This document shows positions 1 to 11,518 of a DNA stretch of 64,000 nt, piece after piece. A program made the translations under genes and the position numbers. The DNA comes from Okamejei kenojei (taxonomy: Eukaryota): positions 29,636,001-29,700,000 of the forward strand of contig CM069144.1 of NCBI GenBank assembly GCA_035221665.1, written 5' to 3'. Under the pieces are notes generated by a model, which was not told the origin of the DNA, did not search any database, and worked only from the letters and a program-made list of their open reading frames with translations. How positions within the stretch are numbered: position 1 is the stretch's first letter; each line of letters begins with the position of its first letter.

Positions 1-69
1 AGTGAAACAATGGGAAGGACGGGATACAAATTGCAGAGAAAAAGAGCAAAAGAAAAGTTCACTGTGTAC

Positions 70-93
70 CTATTGTCATTTCCATGTGTTATG
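70..93 (-). CDS. KIF1A: KIF1A 24-nt microexon, (S)ITHGNDN(R)
   Basis: Minus strand reads a long U-rich tract, then ctaaaag|CATAACACATGGAAATGACAATAG|gtacac. Phase 2-2 and frame-preserving; resembles the mammalian KIF1A optional segment VSLGNDTR as I recall it. Confidence 0.8.
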
Positions 94-1214
94 CTTTTAG
101 TGAAGACAACCCAGAGACAAACACAAAAGGAAAAAAAAAGAAAAAAAAGTCAGAAATTTAGTCCTCAGGATGTTAAATGCCATGTTTGTCATGCCCACCT
201 GAGCAACAGAGAGGGGAGGGGATGGTGAAGGAGTGGAGGGATGTTGGCAAGGGTAACGGCAGACACTCCACCCTTCACCGTAGAGACTGCTATCAAGCAC
301 TCATGTGCAGTTTCCTCCAAGAGGATTAAAATATTCTGCAAAGACCTGTGAATTGTTTAGGGGCTTTGGACACACTTCTGGCAGTACAGCTGAAGAGAAG
401 AGCAGTCACTGGATCTCGTCTGTAAAACCCATTGCAAGATCTTTCAATGACTGTTGTTTTAAATAATTAATCAAGGCTGCTCCCAAATTACGCACTGAAT
501 CACCAGCCACCATCACACTGTATAGTTGAACAGCAATTAATCCTTACACTGATGAAGAAAAAGCAACCCTACACTGTTAAAAGGCGTGCAATTATTTATA
601 CTGAATAAACTGCAACTGTATGCAGTTAGTACTGAGTAACGTCTGCTGTTTAAACAGAAAATCTGGAGCTGCACCTTACTTTGTTGATCATTCCAGGCGT
701 CAGTAATTGATGAGAAGATTCACAAAATTAATTTCCTTTTCTTGGTAAAACAATAAACTTTCAAAGCAGGCCTAAGAGGTATCTCAGTTTGTGCGGTTTA
801 AGGATTTATTCCTTGTAGCAAACGTATTTTTAAAAAAAAGCTGAAATAAGAAATTGAGTAAAGTCAATAGTTGACTGCTAAAATTAATAAATTAAGGAAC
901 ATTTGAAGGTCATGGATTTAATAAGCAATTCAATGTGTATTTCAAGGTCTTGACCCAAAACGCCACCCATTCCTTCTATCCAGTGATGCTGCCTGTCCCG
1001 CTGAGTTACTCCAGCATTTTGTGTCGATCTTCATGTACTTCAGAAAGGCAGATTTAAAGAATTTGGCAAGATGCAATCTCGGTAATTGATCAACTCTCTG
1101 ATCTTATGGTTCTGTTTTTATATTCTTCCATTCTTAATATCAACTTTGCCTCAGGCAAATCTTGCACAGGAGAATAAATGGCTAATTACATCTCCTGCAA
1201 GAAACCTCACCAAC

Positions 1215-1540
1215 ACCTCGCCCTCTTCCATCCAGGGACTCCAGCAGCCCTTCCAGATAAGCTAGCCATTCAACTTGCACCTCTATCAACCTCGTCTATT
1301 ATATTCGGTGCTCCTGATCTGGCATCCTCCAAATCGATGTGACCAAGCGTAAACTATGCTACCGTTTCGCCGAACACATGTGCTCTGTCTGCTAAAGTCT
1401 GCTGGACTTTCTGATCGCTAACCATTTTAACTCTCCTCCCCATTCTCATACTAACTGTTCCGTCCTTAGCCTCTTCCATTGCCAGTGTAAGGCCACACAC
1501 AAAATGGAAGAATAGTGCTTCATATTCCTCTTAAGTAGTT
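1215..1540 (+). mobile_element. Penelope-like element fragment (decayed GIY-YIG endonuclease region)
   Basis: Decayed translation resembles CTSINLVYYIRCS..I..TKRKL..RFAEH, followed by an H.KMEE..LIF-like C-terminus typical of Penelope ORFs. Confidence 0.7.
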
Positions 1541-1555
1541 GGGGTAAACTTTTTC

Positions 1556-2115
1556 TAATCTCTTAACTTGATGGAGATGGGATTTTTTTCCGTATCGCAT
1601 CTCCGTCTGCACTGCGGCCTAACATCAAGGAGTAGGGGGCATTTGCTGTAGACGACTTTGAGAGTTCCACCGTGAGCTCCACGTCGACTTTGGGGCTCCA
1701 ACCGCAGGTGCCTGCGGACTTTAACATCGCGGAGCTCGCGGTCTCTGGTTAGAGACCGACATCGGGAACTCCAAGCCGCAGGAGCTTCGATCGCCCCGAC
1801 ACGGGAGCTTCGATCGCCCCAATGCAGGAGCTTCGATCGCCCCGACACGGGAGCTTCGATCGCCCCAATGCAGGAGCTTCGATCGCCCCGACGCGGGAGC
1901 TTTGACTGCCCCGACCGCGGGAGAATAAAGAGGAAGAAGATTGGACTTTATTGCCTTCCATCACAGTGAGGAATGTGAGGAATCCGCTGTGGTGGATGTT
2001 TATGTTAACTTTTATGTAGTTGTGTGTCTTGTTTTTTTTTGTGTGGCTGTATGGTACTTCGCATATCACTGTACCTTAATTGGTACACGTGACAATAAAA
2101 GGCCTTTGAGACCTT
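1556..2115 (+). mobile_element. Non-autonomous retroposon with a Rex1-like 3' tail and an internal CpG-rich minisatellite
   Basis: CpG-rich body that contrasts with the flanks; ends in cactgtaccttaattggtacacgtgacaataaa, similar to the tail at about 14390-14422. Confidence 0.5.
1778..1915. repeat. 23-bp tandem repeat x6 with alternating variants (46-bp higher-order unit)
   Basis: gcaggagcttcgatcgccccgac alternates with acgggagcttcgatcgccccaat; no unique spacers. Confidence 0.95.
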
Positions 2116-2139
2116 ACCGTACTAAATTAACAGAGACAT

Positions 2140-2500
2140 CCTTACTCTGCTGAGTTAACAGCAACTTTAGAGTGAGAGTGAGATCCATACCCTGGTGAAT
2201 CAAAGAAAACTCTGCATAGGTTTTGAGACACTTCCACCCTGCCAGATTAGCAGGAACTCTGTGGGTACAGTGATCATGATCAACAATCTCTGAATCAGTA
2301 GGAGTTCTGTATAGACAAAGTGATACCTATATCCTACTGAATTTACAATGTAAGAGAACAGTACCCATACCCTGCTGAGTTAACAGGAAATCTACAAAGA
2401 TACAAGAAGGAACTTTTTTCTGCTGGGCAAAGAGTAACTCCATAATGTCACACAGCAAGTAAACCTCATCCTGCTCGCTGAACTGGACCTCCAGTGGTAT
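2140..2500. repeat. Degenerate tandem repeat, about 47-bp period, about 8 copies
   Basis: A core like ccctgctgagttaacaggaactct recurs near 2146, 2190, 2237, 2287, 2332, 2370, 2418 and 2468. Confidence 0.6.
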
Positions 2501-2549
2501 ATTGTGTTAAGCCTTTACACTGCGTAGATGAAATGTCAATGCAGACTCC

Positions 2550-3105
2550 CAACATTTACCATTTTATCTCCCCTTCCCATTCGCATACTAACCTTTCTCC
2601 TGGGGTTCCTCCATTGCCAGACTGAGGCCACGCACTAACTGGAGGAACAGCACCTCATATTCTGCTTACAACCCAATAGTATTAAGAGTGAATTTTCCAA
2701 TATTAGGTAACACCCTCCCCACCTTTCTTTCCCCCTCTCTTCCCTGTTCCCACACGGGTATTCACTCATTTCTCCCACTAAGCTCACCCTCCCCCACCCC
2801 CTTTCCCCTACCCCGTTCCACTTCTATCTTTTCCGCTGGCTTCACATTTCACTTTTCTTAAATCCTTATATTTTAGTCATCCTTTAGTCTCTTCTTCATC
2901 TCTATCCTTTGTCCATCCATCTGCAAATTAAACCCCCCACACCTGAATCCACCTTTTGTTGCCAGGCTTTATCTTGCCCCCACTTCTTTTGCAGCTTTCT
3001 TCCCCTTCCTGCTACTCCGAAGAAGGATCCCAACCCGAAACATTGCCTCTCCATGTCTTCCAGAGAAGCTATCTGACCCACTGAGTTACTTCATCAAGTT
3101 GTGTT
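2550..3105 (+). mobile_element. Penelope-like 3' fragment (ORF C-terminus, pyrimidine-rich pLTR, degenerate hammerhead motif)
   Basis: Encodes LEEQHLIF...FSNIR*, then a C/T-rich tract, then ccgaagaaggatcccaacccgaaacatt at about 3017-3044. Confidence 0.7.
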
Positions 3106-3289
3106 TTTTTTTCAATACCTTTACTAAATGGACAGTGGGGTCATAAAATTCCAAAAATTACCTATTACCGATTGTATTAATCTGATACAATCACCATATG
3201 CTCAATACCTTCTCTGTAGGTTTCTCAAGGGAAGAAAACACAGATCCAGATCCTCACTCACAGCATCAAATAATGTGTAAAGAAGCCAC

Positions 3290-3507
3290 AGATAAACACA
3301 AAATATCAGAGTAACTCAGGGGGGCAGGCAGCATCTCTGGATAGAAGGAATGGGTGACGTTTCAGGTCGGGACCGAGTCTGAAGTAGGGTCTCGACCCGA
3401 AACGTCACTCATTCCTTCTATCCAGAGATGCTGCCTGTCCCGCTGAGTTACTCCAGCATTTTGTGTCTATACTTGGTTTAAACCGGCATCTGCAGTTCCT
3501 TCCTACA
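3290..3507. mobile_element. Fold-back (palindromic) Penelope-derived insertion with 14-bp TSD and central hammerhead motif
   Basis: Arms of about 80 bp are reverse complements; tgtaaagaagccac is repeated at 3276-3289 and 3508-3521. Confidence 0.8.
3375..3410 (+). ncRNA. Minimal type I hammerhead ribozyme-like motif (one core substitution)
   Basis: GAGU-CUGAAGU-A-GGGUC-UC-GACCC-GAAA-CG-UC-ACUC. Stem I GAGU/ACUC and stem II GGGUC/GACCC pair; the core has CUGAAGU instead of CUGANGA. Confidence 0.6.
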
Positions 3508-4092
3508 TGTAAAGAAGCCACTACTCCCCAGATTTTCTTTTATTACTCTAAAGTCTTTGAAGTATTGTTGGGCGATGATCTTTGTTTGCCCATGTGCAAT
3601 AGTAACAATGCGTCAGAGTTTATGATTTACTTGCCATCCTAAACTGCCTGACAAAAGCTTAATGCCTTCAACACACCATACCAGATTCCACACAACTGCA
3701 AATGTAAGGGTTGATTTAGCCAAACTTTAGCACATGCAGTAAACTCCTGCATTGCCCTCCCCTACTAAAGAAATTAACGCAATGATGGATGTAGCAGTGG
3801 AAAAGCTCCCCCGTCATCCTCCCTGGTCCTTAGCATTACATCAGTCTGCATAGCACGGCCATTGCAAGCACTCCATGCAACCTTTGACTCCGAGGAGCTC
3901 ATAGATTTGGGCTTCAAGCCGAATTAAACTGGCAATACCTAGCAGGTCTTTGCAGAATGTGGTGAAAAGAGAAAAAGTGAAGAAACAAATAAATCAAGAT
4001 ATTAATTTAAAGAAAACCAAAGTTTTGATGGGATTTCGATGCCTGAAGCTGTTGAGAAATAAATAATTTAAGGATTTAAAACAAAAAAATAC

Positions 4093-4119
4093 CTAGGCAT
4101 ATCCGAATCAAGAAATTGC
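4093..4119 (-). CDS. KIF1A: KIF1A 27-nt microexon, (R)QFLDSDMP(R/S)
   Basis: ttgtgtttttgcag|GCAATTTCTTGATTCGGATATGCCTAG|gtattt; phase 2-2; matches mammalian QFLDSDIPR; TACTAAC branch point at 4146-4152. Confidence 0.92.
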
Positions 4120-5585
4120 CTGCAAAAACACAAGAACAATACCTTGTTAGTAGACTCAAAAAAGTATCATTGGTGACGGTAACATTGTAAAGCAAAGCAG
4201 CAGACCCTGAGCACAATCAGACAGCAAAGCTATGTTCTAGGGGATAGAAGGTCACTAATATTCATCTAACATATAATTTCTTATTTCTACCCCTTTAGAA
4301 TTATAATTTCAGCCAAATTACTAAGCCAAAACACTGAATTTGTTTGTGTCTTTTTCTCCAGCACTACACCAAGAATTACTTTCCAACCCAGAATTAGATG
4401 GAACTCTAATTTACATTTTATAGTATATTGAGACCAAACCAGGGATCAAAAGGTCTAATGCTCACAGAACATAAACTTACATAATTGAGGATGATCACCC
4501 TTTGCTAGGACTGGGGTTGATTTCTACACTTCAAGAGATAGAAAAGTAGTGGATGGCAATCAGATTTGTGGAGCGGAAGACAATCCGTCTTTGTAACATA
4601 CTTCTAAAAAAGTTTTGGATCCTTATTCAGAAATTAGTCTTCGCAATGATAGATTGAGAGAACAAATATTGCATTAAACCAATTGCACTTGGATTTCTGC
4701 TTAGCACTGGAAGCTACTTTTTGGATACTTTTTGGCATTAATTCACCACTGTTTTAATGTTTTAATTCACCACTGCATTGCAATCCGCCACCTACCTATC
4801 CCAGGCAGATTATTTCCCCAAAGCAACCATCCTGTTCTGGGAGGGGTGTATGGTAATGGATGCTGCATCCATCCACAAGTACACTAGTGACCTTCTATGC
4901 TTGCGGCAGAAACTATGACCATATGGACAAAGCAGAACACAACTGACCATTTGCTCTTTACATGATAAGTTGTGTATTTCTTTCAGTAGCAAGTGACACA
5001 TTTGTTTTTGTGTGCATACAAACACTATTTCAGGATCACACCCTTCTACTGTCTCCCAGTTACAAACTCACTCCTACTCACATATGCTCATTAATATTCA
5101 TCCAAACACATTCAAACAAACCATACTACCTGTGCATTTATTATTTTTTTAATTATACGTTATTCCCTTTTAAAAGCCACATCCTTATCAGATGTGGTAG
5201 GGCATACAATTCATGAGCCATCGAGCTGATCCTGCTGATTAAATTAACAGTTCTAGCGTCACTAGCTCATCTCCAATTTCCAGAATTTAATTCTCTTCAC
5301 TTCCCTGCTATTATAGATCGTAGGGTTGGGTTGGATATTGTGAATTTTACAAACAAGACAAATTGAATATTGATGAGAAGTAAACATTTAAAAAATATGA
5401 AACAAGGTGAAACTGTTCGCTTCCAGTGTTAATAGAGGTGGAGAACCAATCAAGTCTGAAATGATAAGTGATAAAAAATGATCTTTCTTTTTAAATGGAT
5501 TATTATATATTTTTGACCAATGTATTCTGGATTCCCTTTTCTTACAGATAAAATTACTTGAGAAAGGCCAGAAGGAAAATTAAAT

Positions 5586-8056
5586 AGAAACATAAAAAAT
5601 AGATGAAGGAGTAGGTAATTCAGCCCTTCAAGCCTGCACCGCCATTCAATATGATCATGGCTGATCATCCAACTCAGTATCCTGCACCTGCCTTCTCTCC
5701 ATACCCCCTGATCCCTTTAGCCACAATGGCCACATCTAACTCCCTCTTAAATATAGTCAATGAACTGGCCTCAACTACCTTCTGTGGCAGAGAATTCCAC
5801 AGACTCACCATTCTCTGTGTGAAAAATGTTTTCCCCATCTCGGTCCTAAAGGAATTCCCCTTTATCCTTAAACTGTGACCCCTTGTTCTGGACCTCTCCA
5901 ACATTGGGAACAATCTTCCTGCATCTAGCCTGTCCAACCCCTTAAGAATTTTGTAAGTTTCTATAAGATTCCCCCTCAATCTTCTAAATTCTAGCGAGTA
6001 CAAGCCGAGTCTATCCAGTCTTTCATAGAAACATAGAAATTAGGTGCAGGAGCAGGCCATTCGGCCCTTCGAGCCTGCACAGCCATTTAATATGATCATG
6101 GCTGATCATCCAACTCAGTATCCTGTACCTGCCTTCTCTCCATACCCCCTGATCCCTTCAGCCACAAGGGCCACATCCAACTCCCTCTTAAATACGGCCA
6201 ACGAACTGGCCTTAATTACCTTCTGTGGCAGAGAATTCCACAGATTCACCACTCTCTGTGTGAAAAACGATTTTCTCATCTCGGTCCTAAAAGACTTCCT
6301 CCTTATCCTTAAACTGTGACCCCTTGTCCTAGACTTCCCCAACATCGGGAACAATCTTCCTGCATCATATGAAAGTCCTGACATCCCAGACATCAGTCTG
6401 GTGAACCTTCTCTGTACCCCCTCTATGGCAAGAATGTCTTTCCTCAGATTTGGAGACCACAACTGTACGCAATACTCCAGGTGTGGTCTCACCAAAACCC
6501 TGTACAACTGCAGTAGAACCTCCCTGCTCCTATACTCAAATCCTTTCGCTATGAATGCTAACATACCATTTGCTTTCTTCACTGCCTGCTGCACCTGCAT
6601 GCCTGCTTTCAATGATTGGTGTACCATGACACCCAGGTCTCGTTGCATCTCCCCTTTTTCTAATCTGCCACCATTCAGATAATAGTCTACCCTCCTGTTT
6701 TTGCCACCAAAGTGGAAAACCTCACATTTATCCACATTATACTGCATCTATCATGCAGTTGCCCATTCACCCAGCCTATCCAAGTCACCTTAGCAGCCTC
6801 CTAGCATCCTCCTCACACCTAACACTACCCCCCAGCTTAGTGTCATCCGCAAACTTGGAGATGTTGCATTCGATTTCCTCGCCCAAATCATTAATATATA
6901 TTGTAAATAGCTGGGGTCCCAGCACTGAGCCTTGCGGTACCCCACTAGTGATTGCCTGCCATTGACTGAACCAAAGTAGTTATTCAATAGGTCTGCCATG
7001 TCCTTGTTCCCAATGATCAATTCATCTGTTTCTGACTGCAAGGGACCTACATTTGTTTTAACTAATCTCTTCCTCTTCACATATCTATAAAAACTTTTGC
7101 AGTCAGTTTTTATGTTCCTTGACAGTTTTCTTTCATAATCTATTTTCCCTTTCCTAACTAAGCCCTTTGTCCTCCTCTGCTGGACTGAATTTCTCCCAGT
7201 CCTCTGGTAGGCTGCTTTTTCTGGCTAATTTGTATGCTTCATCTTTTGTTTTTATACTATCCCTGATTTCCCTTGTTATCCATGGATGCACTACCTTCCC
7301 TGATTTATTCTTTTGCCAAACTGGGATGAACAATTGTTGTAGTTCATCCATGCAGTCTTTAAATACCTTCCATTGCACATCCACTGTCAACCCTTTAAGA
7401 ATCACTTGCCAGTCTATCTTGGGCAATTCACGTCTCATACCTTCAAAGTTACCTTTGTTTAAGTTCAGACCCCTTGTTTCTGACTTAATTATGTCACTCT
7501 CCATCCTAATGAAGAACTCAACCATATTATGGTCACTCTTGCCCAAGCGGCCACGCACAACAAGACTGCTAACTAACCCTTCCCCATTACTCAATACCCA
7601 GTCTAGAATAGCCTGCTCTCTCGTTGGTTCCTCTACATGTTGGTTTAGAAAACTATCCCGCATACATTCCAAGAAATCCTCTTCCTCAGCACCCTGCCCA
7701 TTTGATTCACCCAATCTTTACGTAGATTGAAGTCACCCATTATAACTGTTTTACCCTTGTTGCACGCATTTCTAATTTCCTGTTTGATGCCATCCCCAAC
7801 TCCACTACTACTGTTAGGTGGCCTGTACACAACTCCCACTAGCGTTTTCTGCCCCTTAGAGTTTTGCAGCTCTACCCATATCGATTCCACATCCTCCAAG
7901 CTAATGTCCTTCCTTTCTATTGCATTAATCTCCTCTCTCACCAGCAACACTACCCCACCTCCTTTTCCTTTCTGTCTATCTCTCCTGAATATTGAATATC
8001 CCTGGATGTTCAGCTCCCAGCCTTGTTCCCCCTGGAGCCATATCTCCGTGATGCCT
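5586..8056 (-). mobile_element. CR1-clade LINE (HER1-like), internally deleted, with a nested second 3' end at about 6024-6366
   Basis: ORF2 fragments: endonuclease (GVVYRPPNS, IMGDFN) and post-RT region (YRVLVRPHLEYCVQ, RTRGHSLRI); catagaaa tail repeats; most of the RT is deleted at about 6962. Confidence 0.92.
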
Positions 8057-9894
8057 TGATACTGCTGTTTCGGGCACCTTGAGAGACAGAAGTATTACCC
8101 GGGGCAGCATGTTTTACGCACTTCACTTACCATCACCGACTCTTGAAAAACCATAATCTCTTGCTAGTCCCTGAATGCATTCCCTCTCCACAGTAGTCAA
8201 TCTCACCCCAGACCACAATATCTCAGCCCCAGCCACAATATGCCCCTGACAACACTCTCTCTCTCCCCCACAAACACAATATTACCCTAGTCGTCAAACG
8301 ATTCTATCCCAGTCTCCCTTCTCTCTGTTCCACAGCCTTCAACTTCAGATTTTCCCTCACCTGACAGGTATTGGGCTAGTAATCAGGCTTTCTGTTTGTG
8401 ATTAAAACCTTGCACAGGCATCGAATAAGATTCTGGAATTCTCAGCACATGACTAAATCAATGTATACTCAACGAAAACAGCCTTCCAACCACACATTGT
8501 GCTCAGGACCCCACTGCTGTTCCAAACAAACTATACCAACCAGTCCCAGAGTATGAGAGGACAACGTATGACCCACTGTATCTCCCAGTCAATGTGTAAA
8601 TAGACGGTATTGGACTCACTGTTTCTCAAACACTTCATCCTGTACCAGGTATATTAATCTACTTGCAGAACATTGCAGGTCCAGCTATGTCTACCTTCGA
8701 TTTTCCAGCATCTGCAGTTCCTTTTAAAACAGCTATTTTTATACCTGGTTCTAAATATTGATAAGCCTTTCAAGGTGCTGATATTTTTTGAACAGGGAGC
8801 CTTTCAATCAATGGCTCCATCACATTTTATCAGTTTTCCCCAACCCTTGTAAAATAAGAGAGCCATGACTATGAGATCTTCAACAGACACCCACAAATTT
8901 TTTTCACTCATTTTTAAAACTTTGATTGAAGTGAGTTAGTGGATGAGAAAAGAGAAAAGAGAAAATATTAAGTTATGCCATGGTAAAAATGTTACACGTA
9001 AATGTTTCCACAAACTGCACAACACAAATGGTATGATTAGTACTGTTAATTACTCTACTAGTCTAGCAGTGTGTAATCTCTCACACAGGTGTTGGTGTTA
9101 ATTTAAAAAGGAGGTGTTAATTTACCCACATCCCTGTGCTTCTGCCTCTAAGGCTGTAGGAAGGACAATTCGGATCTCAGGGACTTTGTGACAAATAAGT
9201 ATGCTGGGACCAAGACATTGGGAGAACTATTTTATCTGAACAAAAATTGCAGGTATAACAAGCAAGCAGGGAAGAACATTGCACTATGCATTATTTAGTG
9301 TAATTATTCAGAAATTGGCCACAGGCCTGTGAAGCCTACTCCACATAAGATCATAGCTAATTAATTACACATCACTGGCGAAGGCAGCATTTATTACCCA
9401 TCCCTAATCACCAGCTCACTTAGGAGTAGGTTAACGATACTGCTAGAGTAATGTGACATACTGGGTAAAGAGATTTCCTTCTCTAAAATACTTCAAAGAA
9501 CCAAATAATTCCTTAAAACTATCTTGTTGTTTCATAGCATCATTGCTGATACAGCTTTATTTTAAACTTTACATTTACAAGTAAGCTTGCTGGGAATTAA
9601 GTACATGAATTGATTCTGGAACAAGGTGCTACATATTGAGTGCTGGCTCAGTAATGTAACCACAATGTTCATGTTCAATTGGACAGACATTAGAAATACT
9701 AGGCTATTTTTAACTGGCCTATAATTGGCAAAACCTGTTATTTGAATGGATTAGATGATATGTTGGATTAATCCAACAATTGGAACAAATCAACTTCAAC
9801 TACATATTGATGTATAAAATACATTTCTCATATGTTACGTTCTTTGATTTTAAATAAAGCGATCTATACAATGAAAAATGTGAAATTGAAAAAA

Positions 9895-10150
9895 TAACTG
9901 CAGATGTACATCTGAAAAAAAAATCAGAAAATACTGGAAAAACTCAGCAGTGTACGACAGCATCTTTAGAAAGAGAAAATCAAAGTTAACATTTCATGTT
10001 GCAGACCCTTCATCAGAACTAAAAAAGAAAACTAAGAACTGAGCAAGTGAAAATTCTTTGTAGTTCTGATGAGAAGCTTTAAATCTGAAATGATAACTTT
10101 ATTCCTTTCTTCAGATGCTGCCAACCTGCAGAGTTTATTTATTGGCATTT
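9895..10150. mobile_element. Old fold-back Penelope-derived element with degenerate hammerhead motifs on both arms
   Basis: cccttcatcagaact ... agttctgatgagaagc inverted arms, with ctcagcag / gatgctgcc flanks like the 3290-3507 element. Confidence 0.5.
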
Positions 10151-10153
10151 TGG

Positions 10154-10303
10154 ACATGTGACATGATATTGCACCACAGGCTCACGTGTAACATGATAAT
10201 GCACTGCAGGTACACGTGTAACATGATGGTACACCTCAGGTACACGTGTAACATGATGGTGCACCTCAGGCACAGATGTTACATCATGATGCATCGCAGG
10301 CAC
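10154..10303. repeat. 30-bp tandem repeat x5 containing E-boxes
   Basis: Unit approximately acgtgtaacatgatggtgcacctcaggtac; CACGTG at 10183, 10213 and 10243, CAGATG at 10273. Confidence 0.9.
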
Positions 10304-11412
10304 TGTGCCAATTTCAAATACTTTGAGACAACACAAGGAGAGATGAGTTGATTGCTTTGAGGTCCTGTTGTTTTCCAGGGGCAGTTATAGTATAAGGGAA
10401 TATGCACCCTGCAACGGGTGACAGAATTCATGGGATTATAATGAAATCTGCTGCCTTGCCTGATAAACTGGCTCTCAATCACATTTGGTCTGATTAATTG
10501 TCAAATAATTGTTCTGCTTTTTTAACCGTCACCAAAGAATATTAAGCACTGTACAATTTTGCAAAGGAAGCAATGAGAAGCCACCAATCCACTACATGCT
10601 GAGAAAGATAAGCCATTCTAATCATCTACTAAACTGCAATCAATAAGCTAAGGTAAATTCATAAAGCAAAGACATTAATGGTTTAGATTAAATAATGGTT
10701 TGAAGGTGCCAATAATTTTTTTGTATTAAGTAATATTGAAAGGTTTTCCATTATTTGAACTTTGTGTGTGCAGTGTTCACTTTACTAAAGAACTTGGCGT
10801 TAAATGGAATCAGATTCCTGTTCCATCAATCTCAGGTCAGCAACAGCATGGGTTGGGTATGGAACTTTCATTATATCTAATTTGTGATACAACTGATGTG
10901 GTAATGTTTAATAGGGAAACGTTAGATGGAGTTTTGCTCTCTATATTGTGTTGAATCTGATCTGGAAATGATCTGGATGATGTGATACTAGCAAGAGGTT
11001 CAGTCAGTATCCAACTAACATGCACCTGCCTGTAGTATCCCCTGATTCGGATCTATCCAGTACCTGAGATGATCCGACTGTCCAAGCAGCCAGATTCTGT
11101 TCTTCATCCGGGGAATGCTTTACACATTAGAGAACGCTTTACTCTATTAAACATGTTGTAACTTATAGAGGAACAGTCACAATTATCAAATGAGGTGAGT
11201 TAAATAGGGCACTTCTAAACTGAATGAGCAACCTGCACAGGAAAATAAAGAGGCATAAGTAGAGATGTGGGGTGTTAGGGGGAAGGCCATCAGTGAGAGC
11301 ACTATAAATCTAAGAGAAGCAACGTGAAAATTAGTTTGCCGTGTGTTAAACGCTGGCAGCTTCAAACTGGGCTCAAAGGACTCTCCTGCCGAATGCTCAG
11401 TGTCTAACCTAC

Positions 11413-11518
11413 CTATCCTCCAGGGATGGATGTGTGTGGCCTGCCGTTAGAATATTCAAGGACAGGATGTTGGGATCGATGATAGAATCATCTGACTCTG
11501 GTGTGTTCCGGATCCGAC
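11413..11518 (-). CDS. KIF1A: KIF1A exon (G)[34 protein letters not shown](R)
   Basis: 106 nt, AG/GT flanks, phase 1-2, close to human [23 protein letters not shown]. Confidence 0.96.

Noticed and set aside
1778-1915. CRISPR-like regular repeats
   Set aside because: Head-to-tail 23-bp units with no unique spacers, no cas genes, and a eukaryotic intronic context.
4796-4836. Possible extra microexon (cag|GATGGTTGCTTTGGGG...ATAG|gtaggt)
   Set aside because: It has an in-frame TAA in the KIF1A phase and a weak pyrimidine tract; the expected GND-type microexon is accounted for at 70-93.
5651-8059. Plus-strand ORFs of 70-190 aa as host genes
   Set aside because: They are antisense shadows of CR1 ORF2; the same applies to 30900-31298 and 60874-62023.
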